Assembly (NCBI GenBank): GCA_964016885.1
Contig: OZ024742.1
Span: 355,756,001 to 355,820,000, forward strand
DNA length: 64,000 nt
Direction: 5' to 3'
From: Eledone cirrhosa
Taxonomy: Eukaryota
Below, in pieces: positions 14,103 to 29,609 of this stretch. Within the stretch, counting starts at the first letter, position 1. The number at the start of each line of letters is the position of its first letter. The notes beneath the pieces are model-generated. The model was not told where the DNA came from. It was given only the letters and a program-made list of their open reading frames with translations, and ran no database searches. A program made the translations under genes and the position numbers.

Positions 14103-14803
14103 TTGTTACATAATAAGGTTATGTTTCCGAGGCAATCCAAATTGAATCTGCATGGGAACGGATGAAGTTCGTGCTTTTGGGTTTTTCATCCGTTCCCTTG
14201 TGAGTACCAATTCACCCCCACCGGCCTGCGCAAGCGCATGTCCGACCGAAAGAAGTTGACCATTAGCCACCGCAGATTTCAACGAAATTCGCTTAGTCAG
14301 TTGACCCTCTCAGCCAAAACAATGGCCCACCAATGCCTGTACCATATTTTACTGCTACCCATCACGGCTGTGGCAGTCAGCTGAGAGCCAGAGGAGATGG
14401 GAGAGTGTTAGTTTTTACAGGTCATAATACTACCCATCACTAAGCGTTGACGGTACAACTGACCATCACCTTATAAGGGAAAATAAACTTAATTCTAGGT
14501 ATCGTGGTTTTACGTTGGAAGTTAAGAGTGAGAGTTGGAAATAAAAATTAAAATCCTAAATCAAATATCAGAAATTATGAATTAAACAATTAAGAAATTA
14601 ACAATTAGAAATTAAATAATTAAAAAAAAATTCTTTTCAGGTGATAATTCGGATTGAGGTGAGCGAAAAATATAGACTGAAGTGAGTAAATAATATGGAG
14701 AGAGGTGTTTAAGTAATATGTTCTGAGAGGGATTCTAGTGTCACTCCTATGTGGAAAAAGTACGTTGAGTGCTTGAATTGAATTGCATCAATATTTACCC
14801 TAA

Positions 14804-15156
<353 letters not shown>

Positions 15157-15467
15157 AAATGAAGTAATTCCGTCGGAAATGTCCAGGAAAAAAGAGTGCT
15201 CTATGTAGGTAACAGAGCTTAATAATTATGTAATAAACAACATAATGCAATTATTCCATTTACCAGTGGTTTATTAAAAGCAAAAGATTTGGCTTTCAAT
15301 CCTCAGAATGAAAAAATCCTGGTCTGTTTATTGAATTTGGATTTTAAAAACAAAAATGCAATCTATATGAAAGTGAGGCTGGAGAAGGAAGAAGGAAAGG
15401 AAAAATAAAATAAAACTACACATGCAAACACACACACAAAAACACGCACACTCACACACAAAAGCAT

Positions 15468-15530
<63 letters not shown>

Positions 15531-16310
15531 CATACACTCATACATACACACACACATATATACACACATACACATACATATACACATATATAGATACGCA
15601 CATACATATCAACACATCCATACATACACATACATATATACAACCACACACACATATATACACACATACATACACATAGAAACATAAATATAAATACATA
15701 TACATACACACATATACATACATATATATATATATATATACATGTACATATATATATGTGTACAAGTATACACATACACAAACATAGCCATACACACATA
15801 CATATACATACATACATGCACACAATCATACATATATACACACGTACATACATACACATACATAAATGCTCTCCTCTACATATTCACACACGCAAATAAA
15901 TATAAGAAAAAATATATATATATATGAAAAAAAAAAAATGTTGACAGCGATACAAACGGCGGATAACTGGACAGACAGGCGTGGTAAGTAATACACACAA
16001 ATGCACGTATACATACGTACGAAATAGTAAATACATACACACACTCTCACACATAAATATACATATACAAATACATAAACACATATACACACATACACAA
16101 ATACATGCACAAACACGCACACTGCACACGTATACAATTACACACACACATATACACACACATATGTATATGTGTGTGTATATATACATAAACATAAAAA
16201 TACACACACACACATATATGTATACATACACACACACATATGCATACATAGCTATACAATTATACACATACAAATACGTACATAACATAAACACGCACGA
16301 CCAAATACAA

Positions 16311-16393
<83 letters not shown>

Positions 16394-16522
16394 CATACAC
16401 ATATACATGTGTGTGTGTGTAAAACTCAGTCTTAGATCATTCATATGAACCTGACATATACATATATATAGTAGTAAAGTAATAAAGTAATAAGCAACAT
16501 AAGGCAATTATTCCATTCAATC

Positions 16523-18158
16523 AGATTGCGCCATCAAAATCTGACCTGGGAAAACTTAGCAAAAACATTCTAGACAGGATAATACAACAAATTAAAAACT
16601 TACATAATTTACCTTACTTAAAGTTATGGAAGGGGACTGGTGAGGTTAGTGAGTGGTTTAAGGAAATTAAATATAACTATAATAATAAGTTTATTCAGCT
16701 TGATATTGCTAACTACTATTCATCTATCACTTCTAATCTACTGAATAAGGCACTTAATTACGCATTTAAACATACCGACCTAACTAGCAATGAAATGCAC
16801 ATTATATTATCGGCAAGGAAAACATTGATAGAATTTAATAACCAACTATGGACTAGGGCAGATAGAGATAATAATTTCGACATAACTATGGAATCATCTA
16901 ACTCAGCTCAGGTAACGGACCTTGTGGGCCTATTTATAATTAATTCGCTACATAGAAAAATAGCAGGTGTAACTGGAGGATTATATCGTGATGACATGCT
17001 TTTACTTATTGAAAATAATAGCTGTGAACTAAATAGAAAAAGAAAACAAATTATACAATGTTTTAATTACCTTAATCTAAAAATAGAAATAAAGAATAAC
17101 CATAGAATAGTCAATTTTCTGGATGTAACACTAAATCTCAACACATGTCTTCACTATATATTTCACAAACTAAATGAGAACTTGAATTATGTCAATTTTA
17201 ACTCTAATCACCCCAGATCTGTTAAAAATACTATAGTGAACTCTGTTCAAGAACGAATTTCAAGAATTTCATGTAATAAAAATATTTTTGATGAAAAAGC
17301 GCAGTATTACAATGAAGCGTTAGCTAGAGCAGAATATAGAGATAAAATTAAATACATCGATAATAATAAGCAAACTAACCAACATAATAACAATTTTAAT
17401 TACGGTAACAACTTTAACAACTATAATAGGAAACATTACAATAATTCCAAAAGCCGAAAAAGAAATAGAACTAGAAATATATTATGGTTTGCCCCCCCCC
17501 CCCTTTCTCACTAAATATTAAAACCCATATTGCTAAACTATTCTTTAATGCTCTTGACAAACGCTTCCCTAGAACACATAAATATCACTCAATTGTTAAT
17601 AGACACACTATAAAATTAGCTTACTCGTCCACCAAAAATTTAGCACAAAATATTAACAGAATTAATAATAGGAATTTAAAACCTAACCAAAATACCAATA
17701 ATAACCCAAACAATATTCAATTAAATAACTGTAACTGTAGAAATAAATCTAACTGTCCGTTAAATAACAACTGCTTAGCTAAAAATGTAGTGTACAATTG
17801 TAATGTTAAAACTAATGTAAATTCTTTCAACTATTTTGGTTCCACCTCGACAGAATTTAAACTTCGCTTCAATAACCATAAGAATTCTTTCACAGATCCA
17901 AACAAAAAATCCTCAACTTCGCTATCTAGCCTACTCTGGCACCTGAAACGAGATAATGTTAAATATTCGATGATTTGGGATATTGTCTCAATAGGTATTC
18001 CTTTTAATTCCTCATCAGAGAGTTGTGATCTTTGTATAGAAGAAATATTCTTTATATTAAAGTCCAAAAATTCCCTTAATTTAAGGAGCAATTTATTCAG
18101 TTGCTGCAGACATAGATTGAACTCAACGTTTAAATATAAATATAAATTTAAAATGTAG
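16523..18158 (+). pseudogene. Frameshifted PLE reverse transcriptase + GIY-YIG endonuclease
   Basis: ORFs 16795-17514 and 17484-18158 are joined by a slip in a poly-C run (~17492-17502). Confidence 0.9.
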
Positions 18159-19554
18159 TATAATTAATTAAGAAATATAGTTAATATATGAAACCTGACG
18201 ATAAATCATTAGATTCCTTCACCTTTTTCTTTTTAAACGTTCTTCCTAAATATAAACAAGGATATAATAAACTACTCTAAAATGTATATTCTCCCAATGT
18301 ATTAAATAAAATTTACGTAAGATAAATTTATATACTAAATATAAGGGCATCCGTAGAATCACTGGGTCTTCTAAATCTTTTAAATTATTTTTATTTTTTT
18401 ATTTGTTTCTTTTACTCTGATAGCTTCTTTCATATGTGCTACCCTTGCAATATCTTGTTTGAGATATAGGTAGGATAGATTTCTATAATAAATATATAAA
18501 ACATATTATTTTAACTTGAGATACTCTATAGTGTGTTAAAGATATTTAATGCTTTGATAGGTCTGTATTAATATATTGATATTTGATTATCTCTATACAA
18601 AGGCCATTTGTGTGTATTAAAATGCATATAAAAGGTTTATAGAGTATATTTATGTGTTCGTATATATATGTATGTATATATGCATAACGATGCTGGAAAA
18701 CTCACGCAGATATTTATTTATACATATGTATGTGTATGTATGGTTGTGTGTGTATATGTTGATGTGTGTTGCAGATATGCATATTATTAAATACATGAAA
18801 TGTAATCATATATATGAGGGCATGAATATTAATCGTATTTTTGTGTATATATACTGTGAAATTTTTATAACACAAGAAATGTATAGAAGTGATCAAGTGA
18901 AATCATTTGTATGTCTATATAATTGACTGGAGTAGACATAATTTTCTCTTTTTTCAGGACGTACATATGCGTGTATATATATATACATATGTGTATCCGT
19001 ATTTTTATAAATAGGGTATTTTTTGAAGGTTTTAACTCAGATTTTGGTATATTGACCTCAAGGTTTTAAACTAAACATATGGTCATTATTGAACAATGTT
19101 ATTTTCTCATGTTATATATCTATGTCTCATTCATGAATATTGATATTTACATTTTTATTATTCATTTCATATCAATTGTTAATTCAACTTAATATGACAT
19201 GACGTAAAGTTGTCACTATATCCTCCTCTCTCTTGAGTTTCTCTATCTGTATGATTAATTATTATCTCTCTGTTGCTTTCTTTTGTCTTTCTTCTTTCTT
19301 TCTTTTTTCTTTCTTTTTCATTTCCTCCTATCTCTATATATCTTTCTTTTCTGCATACATTCCTTTTCTCTCTCTACTTCTTTTTCTCTCTCCTTCTCTC
19401 CGTTGTTTCTTTCTCTCCGTTTTTTTTCTAACTGCGCTTAACACTATAACTAATAAAATAATTATAAACATCTCACTATCCAGACAGCTTCCAAAAATAA
19501 TGGTCGCATCTAATAGGGTACGTCAAAATTATTTATAAAACTGTTTATATATTG

Positions 19555-19619
19555 TATTTTGTCTGATGAAGGCATACCATATTTTAATTTGGTATCCCTG
19601 AAATATGTATAATGAAATA
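19555..19619 (+). ncRNA. Type I hammerhead ribozyme at the Naiad 3' end
   Basis: TATTTTGT-CTGATGA-AGG.ATACCA...TGGTAT.CCT-GAAA-TATGTA-TA-ATGAAATA; 8-bp stem I including G-U pairs. Confidence 0.85.
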
Positions 19620-19656
19620 AATATCGTTTTATAAATATAGTTTCCATTTATTTAAT

Positions 19657-19745
<89 letters not shown>

Positions 19746-19985
19746 GTATATGTATATATATATATATATATTTCGTTTTTGAATTTGTTTAGCAAGATTA
19801 TTTATCTGAAAACGTGTGTTGAAACCGATATTGTTATACTTTGGGAGGGTCATGTTGCCAATAAGAAACACACGCACCAGTCGCTATCACTTCAATTTAT
19901 TATAATAAATTTATAAATTTAGGAATTTATAAATTTCTGGTTGGTTGGTTGGTTGGTTCCACAACCAGATGGTTGTTTATATATT

Positions 19986-20028
19986 GTCAAAGTTCTTTCG
20001 TCACAAATTATGTGACCGATTCAGTGAC
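19986..20028 (-). ncRNA. Hammerhead ribozyme, core mutated
   Basis: GTCA-CTGAATC-GGTCACA..TGTGAC-GAAA-GAAC-TT-TGAC; intact family version at 42442-42486. Confidence 0.6.
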
Positions 20029-23000
20029 TGGGGATTCTTTTCTTTGTTTTTGTGCCTCTCCTTTCTTCTGTCCTACGCCATTTTGTTTCTGTTTGTGTGT
20101 TGTGTGCTCAGTCTGCGCATGCGCCACATCCGGGTGTCTGTGTGTGTGTGTTTATATTCGTTTATTTATTTGTTTACTTATATGTTACAGGTTGGTTGTT
20201 TGTTCTATGTGTGTGTGTGTTTTCATTTTGTCCTTAATTGTGAGTTGTGATGTTGCTGTTCCACTCATATTTTCTATTTAATTTTGGTTGTAATTCTTTT
20301 ATGTTTCTTGCCTCTGTGATTTGTCTAAACATTGCGTCATTTCTGTGTGTAGATTATATTTTTATTTCTATGTTCTCTGATTTACCCTTATGTTTTATTT
20401 TAGCATGTTGGTAGTGTACAGATGATTCTTTACTATCTTGAAGGTCTCGCCAGTGTTCATTTATCCGTTCCCCTACACTACGAGCTGTCTCACCTATGTA
20501 CACTATATGTTTGTCTCTACATTGTCCTTCAGTACATCTTATGCTATATATAATGTTTCTAGTTTTACAGTTAATATGGGGGCTTAATTTACAGGTTATA
20601 CATTTCTTATCTATACAGGGGGGGGGGGGGGGTCTTTGAAAAGGCTATGTCTGGCTAATAAGTGTTTTTACGGAGGTACGTCGTCTTTCTAATATCTTAA
20701 TATTGAGTTTATGTTTATCTAGGGCCCTTCTAAATTTGTAAGCCAATTCATCTCTAGGGGTTGTATCGATGAACATTACACTCTGGTATGTATTGCTATC
20801 ATACAATGAGTTCATTCTATTAGCCTTATTCCTAGTTCTTTCTATTCTATTCCAAAATTTGCTCCTATACAAGGAGCAGGTCCCATTTGTGTCATTATTT
20901 ACCATTTTTTCCCATTTGGTTCTGGCTCCTCTATACACTCTGATCTTATCTCTCTGATTGTAACCAGAGAACTGCATCATACTGTGGATGAAGTGTTGTA
21001 TGTGTCTCTCTAGTTCTTCGGGGATGGCACATGCAGGACACGTTTCTAATCACCCGTACCAAATCCGCAATCAGTATGTTGATTTTGGTATGGTCCGAAA
21101 CAGCCGAGTTTCGGTGGATCAGATATCTGGAAGTCATGGGTTTGGCATAATGGGAATGGAGGATTTGTTTTTTGTTATTAATCGTATCTACCCAGAGCTC
21201 TGTGTCTAGTAAAGGTAATCGATGGTTGGGGTGTTTACTTGGGTAGTCTATAGTAACTCTAATACTCTGGTGGATGGAGTTAGCTATTTGCTGGATGCTT
21301 TCCATTGTGTTTTTCTCTAATTCCTGACTGTTCCCTAGTGGGTGTGTTTTAACTACGATGTTTATATCATCAACGTAGCGGGAGTACTTTATCAGGGTTA
21401 ATGGGTCTTCTATTTGTTCTTTAAATTTAAGTTTAAGTCTACTGTCCCACCATACCATGAATAAGTTAGATATGTCGCCTGCAATGCTAACACCAATGGC
21501 TGTTCCTTCCTCTTGGGCATATGTTTTTCCATTAAATTTGAACATATGTTCCTTAAGGGTTAATTTTATGCTGGCCCCCACCGCATGTGCAATCATTTTC
21601 TTCAGTTCATCGTGGTTTTCGGGTTTCCGTATGGCTCTGGTCCACCCGTTCCATCTATCTGTGTGGGTTCTCTTGGCCATTGAGGTAATGGTAGGTGGTC
21701 CGCCTCTTGCTGGTCTTGTACGGCAGAGGTTGCTAAGGTCATATGTGTCTAGGTAATTATTACTATATGTAAGTTTAAGTAGGAGTCCCAGCTCACTGGT
21801 ATCAATCCAACGGAACTCAACATTGCTCTCACTGATTTCTACGCATTTCTACGCATTTCTCCACAGCAAAATCCACGTCAAACGATGTATACAGGGACAC
21901 AACATCCATACTACCTATTATGCAGTTTGCTAGGTCCCTAGATCGGTTACCCTCGCCGATTCTGCTGAGGAGGTCCTCCGTGCTGTCACATACAACTTGG
22001 GACATTTCAATGATGGGGCGTATGATCAGGGAGAGGAAGTAGAACAGTCTGTAGTTACTAGCAATGTTAGGTCCACAGACTGGCCGTGTTGGTGGTCCCG
22101 TGACAGGGTCACTGCCCGTTTATGGTCTTTTCGAAGCCCATACAACGCCTGCACGTCATTGTTCCAGGCCTGGAAATTGTTGGTAGTCCTTTTGTTGGGC
22201 TGTATTATATTCGTCCACATCACCATATGGGCATTGAGGGCTTTTTCTCTATCCTCATCCTCCTGTGTTGTTACTTCTCTTGTGTTAGTGATGTGGGGTT
22301 GCATTGCCTGGATGTAGTTTGGCAGGCTGCAACCGACATTCTGCCAGACTTGTCTGTTGGAAAGCATGCTATCTCTCCATTACGCGAGCGCTGCATGAGC
22401 TTACGCAAGCCATTTGCAGAGTTTTCTCCCAGTTGCTGGGCCTCCATTCTATTATGCTTCTTGCTATACTGTTCTATAATATTTCCAAGTTCGGATCTAG
22501 CTATACTAAATTGTGCTTCTGTTTGTTCATCGACCTGCAACGGCAATTGCGTGCGTTTGTTAAATGGTAAAGTCGTGGCGTGGACTCGTCGCAGGTCGAA
22601 CGACTTATCGGAGGGATTATAAAATGTAGAGTTCCAGGCTGCTGCTTTATGTGTACTAGTGATATTGTTATTAGTTATTTGTGTTGTTTCTATTTCTATT
22701 TCCACCAACAGCATCATGGTTGTTTCTATGTCTCTCATTATTACTCCTGTCTCTTTCCACTAGCTCATTGTTATTATCTACTCTATTTTGTATGTCTGTG
22801 TGTTCGTCTTGGTTATTTTCTTTGTCCATAGTCTCCCTTCTCCTTTTAATCCTATTACCTTCCCTTATGTCTGTGCTACTGTCATTACTTGTTTTCTGTG
22901 TCTGTGTTTGTTAAGATTGTGGTGGTGGTGAGAGGCATTGAATGTGTGTGGGTTGTTGTTGTTGTTGTTGATGTGTGCTGTTGTTGATGTGTGTTGTTGT

Positions 23001-24391
23001 TGTCTCCGTGTGTGTTATTATTGTTGTGTGTGTTGTTATTGTTGTTTGTGTCTGCGTGTCTGTTGTTGTTTTTTCTGAGTATGTTATTATTGTTGATGTG
23101 TGTGTTGTTGTTATTGTTGTTTGTGTATGTGTGTCTGTTGTTGTTTGGATGTGTGTTGTATATGTGTGTGCGTATGTTGTTACTTTTGTTTTTGTTTTTG
23201 TTTTTGAGGCTCCAACGTAATTTTGTAAATGATTTTTCTATTTCTGACAAACAAATAATCATATTTACCTTCTTGAATGTCGCATATTTAGGCGGTAGTT
23301 GTAATACAGATAATTCATCAGGGTCTACTGCAGTGTTGCCGTATATATTTGTGTTGTTGTTGTTGAGCTCATCTGTTAATGAGATGTCGGCCATATTTAT
23401 ACCGTCAATTTTGTCGGGATATCTATTGGTATTCTCTACAGTATCCTGATTTAGTTTTATCTGCTTAAGCCACTTTAGTTTCTTGTTAAACTGTTTATCA
23501 CATTCTTGAGCAATGTACTGTTCTTCAAGACGTATAAGGCTTATAAATATTAGTTTTTCTCTTGGCGTGGTGATCTTAATTATTTCTCGTATTAGGTTAC
23601 GCTTATGTTTTTCTTGATGACTTAATTCTCTATAGATCTTTTTTATGTTTAGAATTAGTGTTCGTTTTAGCCTATCTGCTTGCTTTTTGGTGAGTTGTAA
23701 TCTTCTTACACATAAACATAAACTCAATATTAAGATAGTAGAAAGAACAGGTACCTCCGTAAAAACACTTATTAGCAAGACATACCCTTTTCAAAGACCC
23801 CCCTGTATAGATAAGAAATGTATAACCTGTAAATTAAGCCCCCATATTAACTGTAAAACTAAAAATGTAGTATATAGCATAAGATGTACTGAAGGACAAT
23901 GTAGAGACAAAAATATAGTGTACATAGGCGAGACAGCTCGTAGTGTAGGGGAACGGATAAATGAACACTGGCGAGACCTTCAAGATAGTAAAGAATCATC
24001 TGTACTCTACCAACATGCTAAAATATAACATAAAGGTAAATTAGAGAACATAGAAATAAAATAGAATCTACACACAGAAAAGACGCAATGTTTAGACAAA
24101 TCACAGAGGCAATAAACATAAAAGTATTACAACCAAAATTAAATAGAAAATAAAAGTGGAACAGCAACATCACAACTTACAATTAAGGACAAAATGAAAA
24201 CACACACGCACATAGAACAAACAACCAACCTGCAACATATAAATAAACAAATAAATAAACGAATATAAACACACACACACAGACACCCGGATGTGGCGCA
24301 TGCGCAGACTGAGCACACAACACACACACAGAAACAAAATGGCGTAGGACAGAACAAAGGAGAGGCACAAAAACAAAGAAAAGAATCCCCA

Positions 24392-24434
24392 GTCACTGAA
24401 TAGGTCACATAATGTGTGACGAAAGAACTTTGAC
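24392..24434 (+). ncRNA. Hammerhead ribozyme, core mutated (inverted arm)
   Basis: GTCA-CTGAATA-GGTCACA..TGTGAC-GAAA-GAAC-TT-TGAC. Confidence 0.6.
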
Positions 24435-24563
24435 AATATATAAACAACCATCTGGTTGTGGAACCAACGAAAGAACCGGAAATTTATAAATTTATTATAA
24501 TAAATTGAAGTGAAACATCTGGTGCGTATGTTTCTTATTGGTAACATGCCCCTCCCAAAGTAT

Positions 24564-24681
<118 letters not shown>

Positions 24682-24771
24682 ATATTATATATACATATAT
24701 ATATTTATATATGTACACATATATACGTATATAGAAATTACATGAATCAAAGTTCTGTTTAAACTATTTAT

Positions 24772-24820
24772 TCGCTTACAATTGTTTCTTCCAAACCGAG
24801 GTTTGGCTTCTTCGGAGCAA
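24772..24820 (-). ncRNA. Hammerhead ribozyme, CCGAAGA core variant
   Basis: TTGCT-CCGAAGA-AG-CCAAACC.GGTTTGG-AA-GAAA-CAATTG-TA-AGCGA. Confidence 0.7.
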
Positions 24821-26082
24821 TTTTTCAATGATTTTTTACATACTTGACCTCCTTTCCAACACATGAGACATATAGAAACATATGTATATATTGATGCACA
24901 TTGGGTTGACATCCATTATATTAATATAGCATGGTAATTTACATACAAAGAATAAAGTCATATTAAAGGACAAAATTAAAGTTAAAATTAAAATACAACA
25001 TTGGCAGTTTACGAAGATAAAGCAAGTGGATAGTTTGAAGTAGTCAATATATGCAACAGTCACACGTGGGGCATGCACGCGTGTCCTATTTATACAAGAT
25101 TACAGTGCGGCAGGGTGTTACATGTAATACAAGCAGTCTAAGCGGGCAATCAAGAGTATCATGGGGGCTGTACTGGTAAAGCATTTTATATATATATATG
25201 TATGATATAGAAGCCAGTGTGTAGAGAAACACCAAAAATATTAAAAATGAGAAGCAAAACAACGCCACGGTCCTCGCACACACCACCACTCCCACAATCC
25301 AGGAAACGCAAATTATAGGTTACATGTCCCTCACACAACTACGACGATTCAACATTGGATACCTGATGAACCATGTTAGAATACCACAGCTTGTCGTTCT
25401 CTAATTCGATTCTATAGAGCAGGTTGTTTTAATCACACACACACTTCCGGAAAATAATACGATTTCAATTCTCGCAACAAAAACAACCTGCTCTATAGAA
25501 TCGAATTAGAGAACGACACGCTGTGGTGTTCTAACATGGTTCATCAGGCATCCAATGTTGAATCATCGTTTTGTGTGAGGGACATGTAACCTATAAATTG
25601 CGTTTCCTGGATTGTGAGAGTGGTGGTGTGTGCGAGGACCGTGGCGTTGTTTTGCTTCTCATTTTTAATATGTTTGGTGTTTCTCTACACACTGGCTTCT
25701 ATATCATACATATATATATAAAAAATGCTTTACCAGTATAGCCCCCATGATGCTCTTGATTGCCCGTTTCGACTGCTTGTATTACATGTAAAACCCTGCC
25801 GCACTGTAATCTTGTATAAATAGGACACGCGTGCATGCTTCACGTGTGACTGTTGCATACACTGGCTTCTTCAAACTATCCACTTGCTTTATCTTCGTAA
25901 ACTGCCAATGTTGTATTTTAATTTTAACTTTAATTTTGTCCTTTAATATGACTTTAATCTTTGTATGTAAATTGCCATGCTATATTATTATAATGGATGT
26001 CAACCCACTGTGCATCAATATATACATATGTTTCTATATGTCTCTTGTGTTGGAGGTCAAGTATGTAAAAATCATTGAAAAA

Positions 26083-26131
26083 TTGCTCCGAAGATTTCAA
26101 ACCTCGGTTTGTAAGAAACAATTGTAAGCGA
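26083..26131 (+). ncRNA. Hammerhead ribozyme, CCGAAGA core variant
   Basis: TTGCT-CCGAAGA-TTTCAAACC.GGTTTGTAA-GAAA-CAATTG-TA-AGCGA. Confidence 0.7.
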
Positions 26132-26351
26132 ATTAAGGGTTTAAACGGAACTTTGATTCATGTAATTTCTATATAACTGCTCTGTAGAACAACTGATGTT
26201 ATTACATTGAGCTATCTATCTTACTGGTAATAAGGTAGTAATAAATTACTGTCTTTCACTATTTAGGGTTTAAAATATATATAACTATAAAAGGTTTTAG
26301 TATATACATAACCATAAATAGTATCCTTAATACTATATATGTATATGCATA

Positions 26352-26407
<56 letters not shown>

Positions 26408-26613
26408 GTGTGTGTGTATACAAATTATATATATATATATATATATATAAATATTTTATATACATATTATATATATATGTATATATGTATATAAAATATG
26501 TATATATATATATATATAATGTGTATACACACATTCTGGGTGAATGAAACTAATTCTGTTTGCTTTCAAGAAACCACTGGTAAATGAAATAATTATCTTA
26601 TGTTTTTATTACA

Positions 26614-26649
<36 letters not shown>

Positions 26650-26653
<4 letters not shown>

Positions 26654-27001
26654 GATAAATCTCCCAAAAGTTTACGGTAGTGTCCAATCCGTATGAAGAA
26701 CTCAATGTAATCCGGATATCATGAAAAGAAGAGATGCATTCAAAAATCACTTTCGGTGAAAGATAAACGGAATACAGTGTCAAGATAAATTATTAAAAAA
26801 ATAATGAATAAACAAAGAAACAGTTCCTTATATTAAACAAAAAAAGTTCATTATTTTACGATCGTTTCTAGGACATATATGTGTTAGAATTGGTACCAAT
26901 TCTAACACATATACGTCCTAGAAACGATCGTAAAATAATGAACTTTTTTTGTTTAATATAAGGAACTGTTTCTTTGTTTATTCATTATTTTTTAATAATT
27001 T

Positions 27002-27004
<3 letters not shown>
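26650..27004 (-). mobile_element. Short fold-back PLE insertion
   Basis: ~220-bp near-perfect palindrome 26784-27004 centred on GGTACC (26892-26897); half hammerhead GAAA-CGATCG-TA; bulged hairpin 26700-26780 on the minus strand. Confidence 0.8.
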
Positions 27005-27076
<72 letters not shown>

Positions 27077-27350
27077 TGTGTGTATGTATGGATATATGCG
27101 TATATATATTTCTGTGTGTCAATCAGAATAAACATGCGTGTGTGTGTATTTGGGTAGTATCAGTATACACACGTCATATCCAACGGCTATCAGGTGCTGA
27201 AGGTAATAATGATTATTCAAGTCACAGTTTTCCAGCTACGAGATGCAAATTATGCTACACAAATGTATTAAAAACATGTTCAGTCATATTGTTTATCTAG
27301 AAACTAGATAAAGAATAGGACTCAATCTAGATTCTAGAATTTAGAGTATA

Positions 27351-28061
27351 CTAGCAGAATGGCCCGGCGTTGCTCGGGATTCTAAACAGATTGGCATGTT
27401 TGTCCCTCTTTTCTGAAACAGTACAGACAAGTACGGAATACCTCGGCCACGGGATGGTATCTACATTTTGTGCTTATAAAAAAATTCGTCGACGATTACC
27501 AGGGATTTGTTCCGTGCAAACAATACTTTATCGCGAAATAAATACTATTGTTTATATTTTGTTATTGTGTATGCAAAAATATCTGTACACGAATATATAA
27601 TTATATATATAACAGATTAAAGTTTAAGCAAAGAATCGCTTCTTTCACCCTTAAGGGGATCTTCTGAGACTAAAAAAATCAATCTGTGAACGCAGAATTA
27701 AATATTTCGAAAAACGTTACACACAATATATATGTATATATATATATATATATATACACACACATATAGTGTCATAATGTCGTAATGCAGACAGTCAGAC
27801 ATACAGACAGATATTATAAGGGCGCAACGTTATATATATGTATCTATCTAAAAGAAAGACTAAGAATTATAGAGAGAGATCGCTATATCGCCTAATGCGG
27901 TCCCGAGGGCATTGAATATTTGATATTTTCTTTGCCCAAAACACTCACAGGACCATAAGTATTACATGTGTAAAGTCCGAAAACAATCGGTTGGGTGGTT
28001 CTCGAGATTTAGGGAGTCAGATAGACAGACAGATCGATATTCTCTGTTTTACATATATAGA
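27351..28061 (-). mobile_element. Non-autonomous Helitron
   Basis: Minus strand starts A|TCTATATATGTAAAA and ends with hairpin CCCGAGCAACGCCGGG, 8 nt, CTAG|T. These are the canonical TC...hairpin-CTAG ends at an A/T site, with no TSD. Confidence 0.8.
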
Positions 28062-29370
28062 TTATGAGATGTAATTGTTCTACTGCTAAAGTATTCTCGG
28101 TTGAATATGGACAGTGTCACCAGTTTGTAGAAGATAGCCACAACTGTAAAACATTCAAAGACAGGATTGTCGTCCGGGGCTGTGGGAAGGCCACCAATAT
28201 GATTGACTGACTTGTTATTTTATCAGTCACATATGCTGAATTGTATAAAGAACTCAGCTGGAATTTGAGAGGTACAGAGTTAGATTCTCTGTAGCGCCTG
28301 CTGCCCACTATCCTCCACAGATTGGGTTAATTTACCCGATTTTCTAAGCTGTGTTCAGTTATTTCCTGCAATTGTGATTTTTTTGCATTTTCTAGAGGCT
28401 AACATGTATTGGTATATATAATCATTCATGATGAATACAATTTAAATTTGAATTTAGATTTCAACTACATACATATGTATGTGTGTTTTTGTGCTTAAGT
28501 GTGCTAGTGTATGTCAGTGTGTAGGTGTGTGAGTCTGTGTGTATGTGGGTAGAGATAGAGAAGGCGAGAGAGAACGAGAAGGATGACTTAATAGCTGAAG
28601 GAATGCAAACCGTACAAATGTATCATTAACCATTTCCATAAACCTGGAATCCATATAACACCGTAAAGACGGAAAATGCTAAGCGTAAGTCATTCCAAAG
28701 TATACGTACTTGTCTGTTCAAACAATGTTATGATCCTGTGACGATTATTAACCCCCGTGGTTGACGTCAGATATACAGGTGGCAAATCACATTTGCGCCA
28801 AACACAGAAAACAACTCAATTTTCACTGAAACATTGTTGACTTAATAGCGAGTGTTCTGGAAAATGCAAATCTCATTGTGCGCACATTATTTTCTATCTA
28901 GAAAATTTGAAATGTGGAAAGGCGTCAGTATTTCGAATGCAAAGCCATCATCATAGTGACAGCTGACATCAATCTATTTTAAACATTGCTGTTATGCTGA
29001 AGATAGATTTGTGAATTCTAGTGCTGAAATCTCATGATGGCTTTTCACCAAATATTTGTTATAGGTAAATAGTGACAGTCACACACGCAGTAGCAACCGG
29101 CAAGCAAGAACAATCGCTAAATACATACACAAGAACGATATATTTAAATGTGACTAACAGCAGGAGTAACAATTTTTAGGATCTATTTAAGGACGCTATT
29201 AGTTAAAACATTGTAATTATGGCTCATTAAAGACACAATAAAGGATTCCAAATGTGAGTATATAAATATTATTTGTCGATCGACTTTGGTCAAATCGGAC
29301 CGAGGAAACAATGTCTCCGTTGGTCTTTCCAATTCCTTATACTATCTATCGGTCTCAAATCCATGTAGAT

Positions 29371-29486
29371 GGAGCAACGTGAAATAAAGGGTCTTGCTCA
29401 AGGACATAACATATCGCCCGGTCCATGAATCGGACTGAACATTTCACGATTGCGAATCCAGTTCTCTAACCAGTCAGCCACACCCC
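29371..29486 (-). mobile_element. tRNA-derived SINE, family B fragment
   Basis: Reverse complement GTGTGGCTGACTGGTTAGAG...GTGTCCTTGAGCAAGAC-like...TTTATTTCACGTTGCTCC; homologous to 51222 and 51661. Confidence 0.7.
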
Positions 29487-29609
29487 TTCATTATATATAT
29501 ATAAATATAAGCATGTATATACATACATATATGTATACAGACGTACAGTAGTATGTATATATATATATATATACATACATGCACACACATATATATATAT
29601 ATATATGTG

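Larger units (their letters stand above)
16520..19660 (+). mobile_element. 5'-truncated Naiad-type Penelope-like element
   Basis: RT motifs IAPSKSDLGKLSKNILD, FIQLDIANYYSSI, FDITM, GGLYRDD, VNFLDVTLNL, SNHP; then WF.PP, HTIKLAYS, CNCxxxxxCPLxxxC, VVY...YFGST, FKLRFNNH; long 3' UTR ending in a hammerhead and (TA)n. Confidence 0.93.
24731..26240 (+). mobile_element. Fold-back PLE terminal-repeat insertion, ~700-bp arms
   Basis: 24731-25430 is the reverse complement of 25480-26175; hammerhead in each arm; bulged hairpin 26179-26212 in the right arm only. Confidence 0.85.

Noticed and set aside
15328-16507. Many overlapping ORFs rich in YI/HT/CV
   Set aside because: Translations of (TA)n/(CA)n low-complexity sequence; the same applies to similar ORFs across the window.
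25362-25380. CTGATGA motif as another hammerhead
   Set aside because: No matching stem II-GAAA-NUH found, and it is antisense to the arm's real hammerhead.
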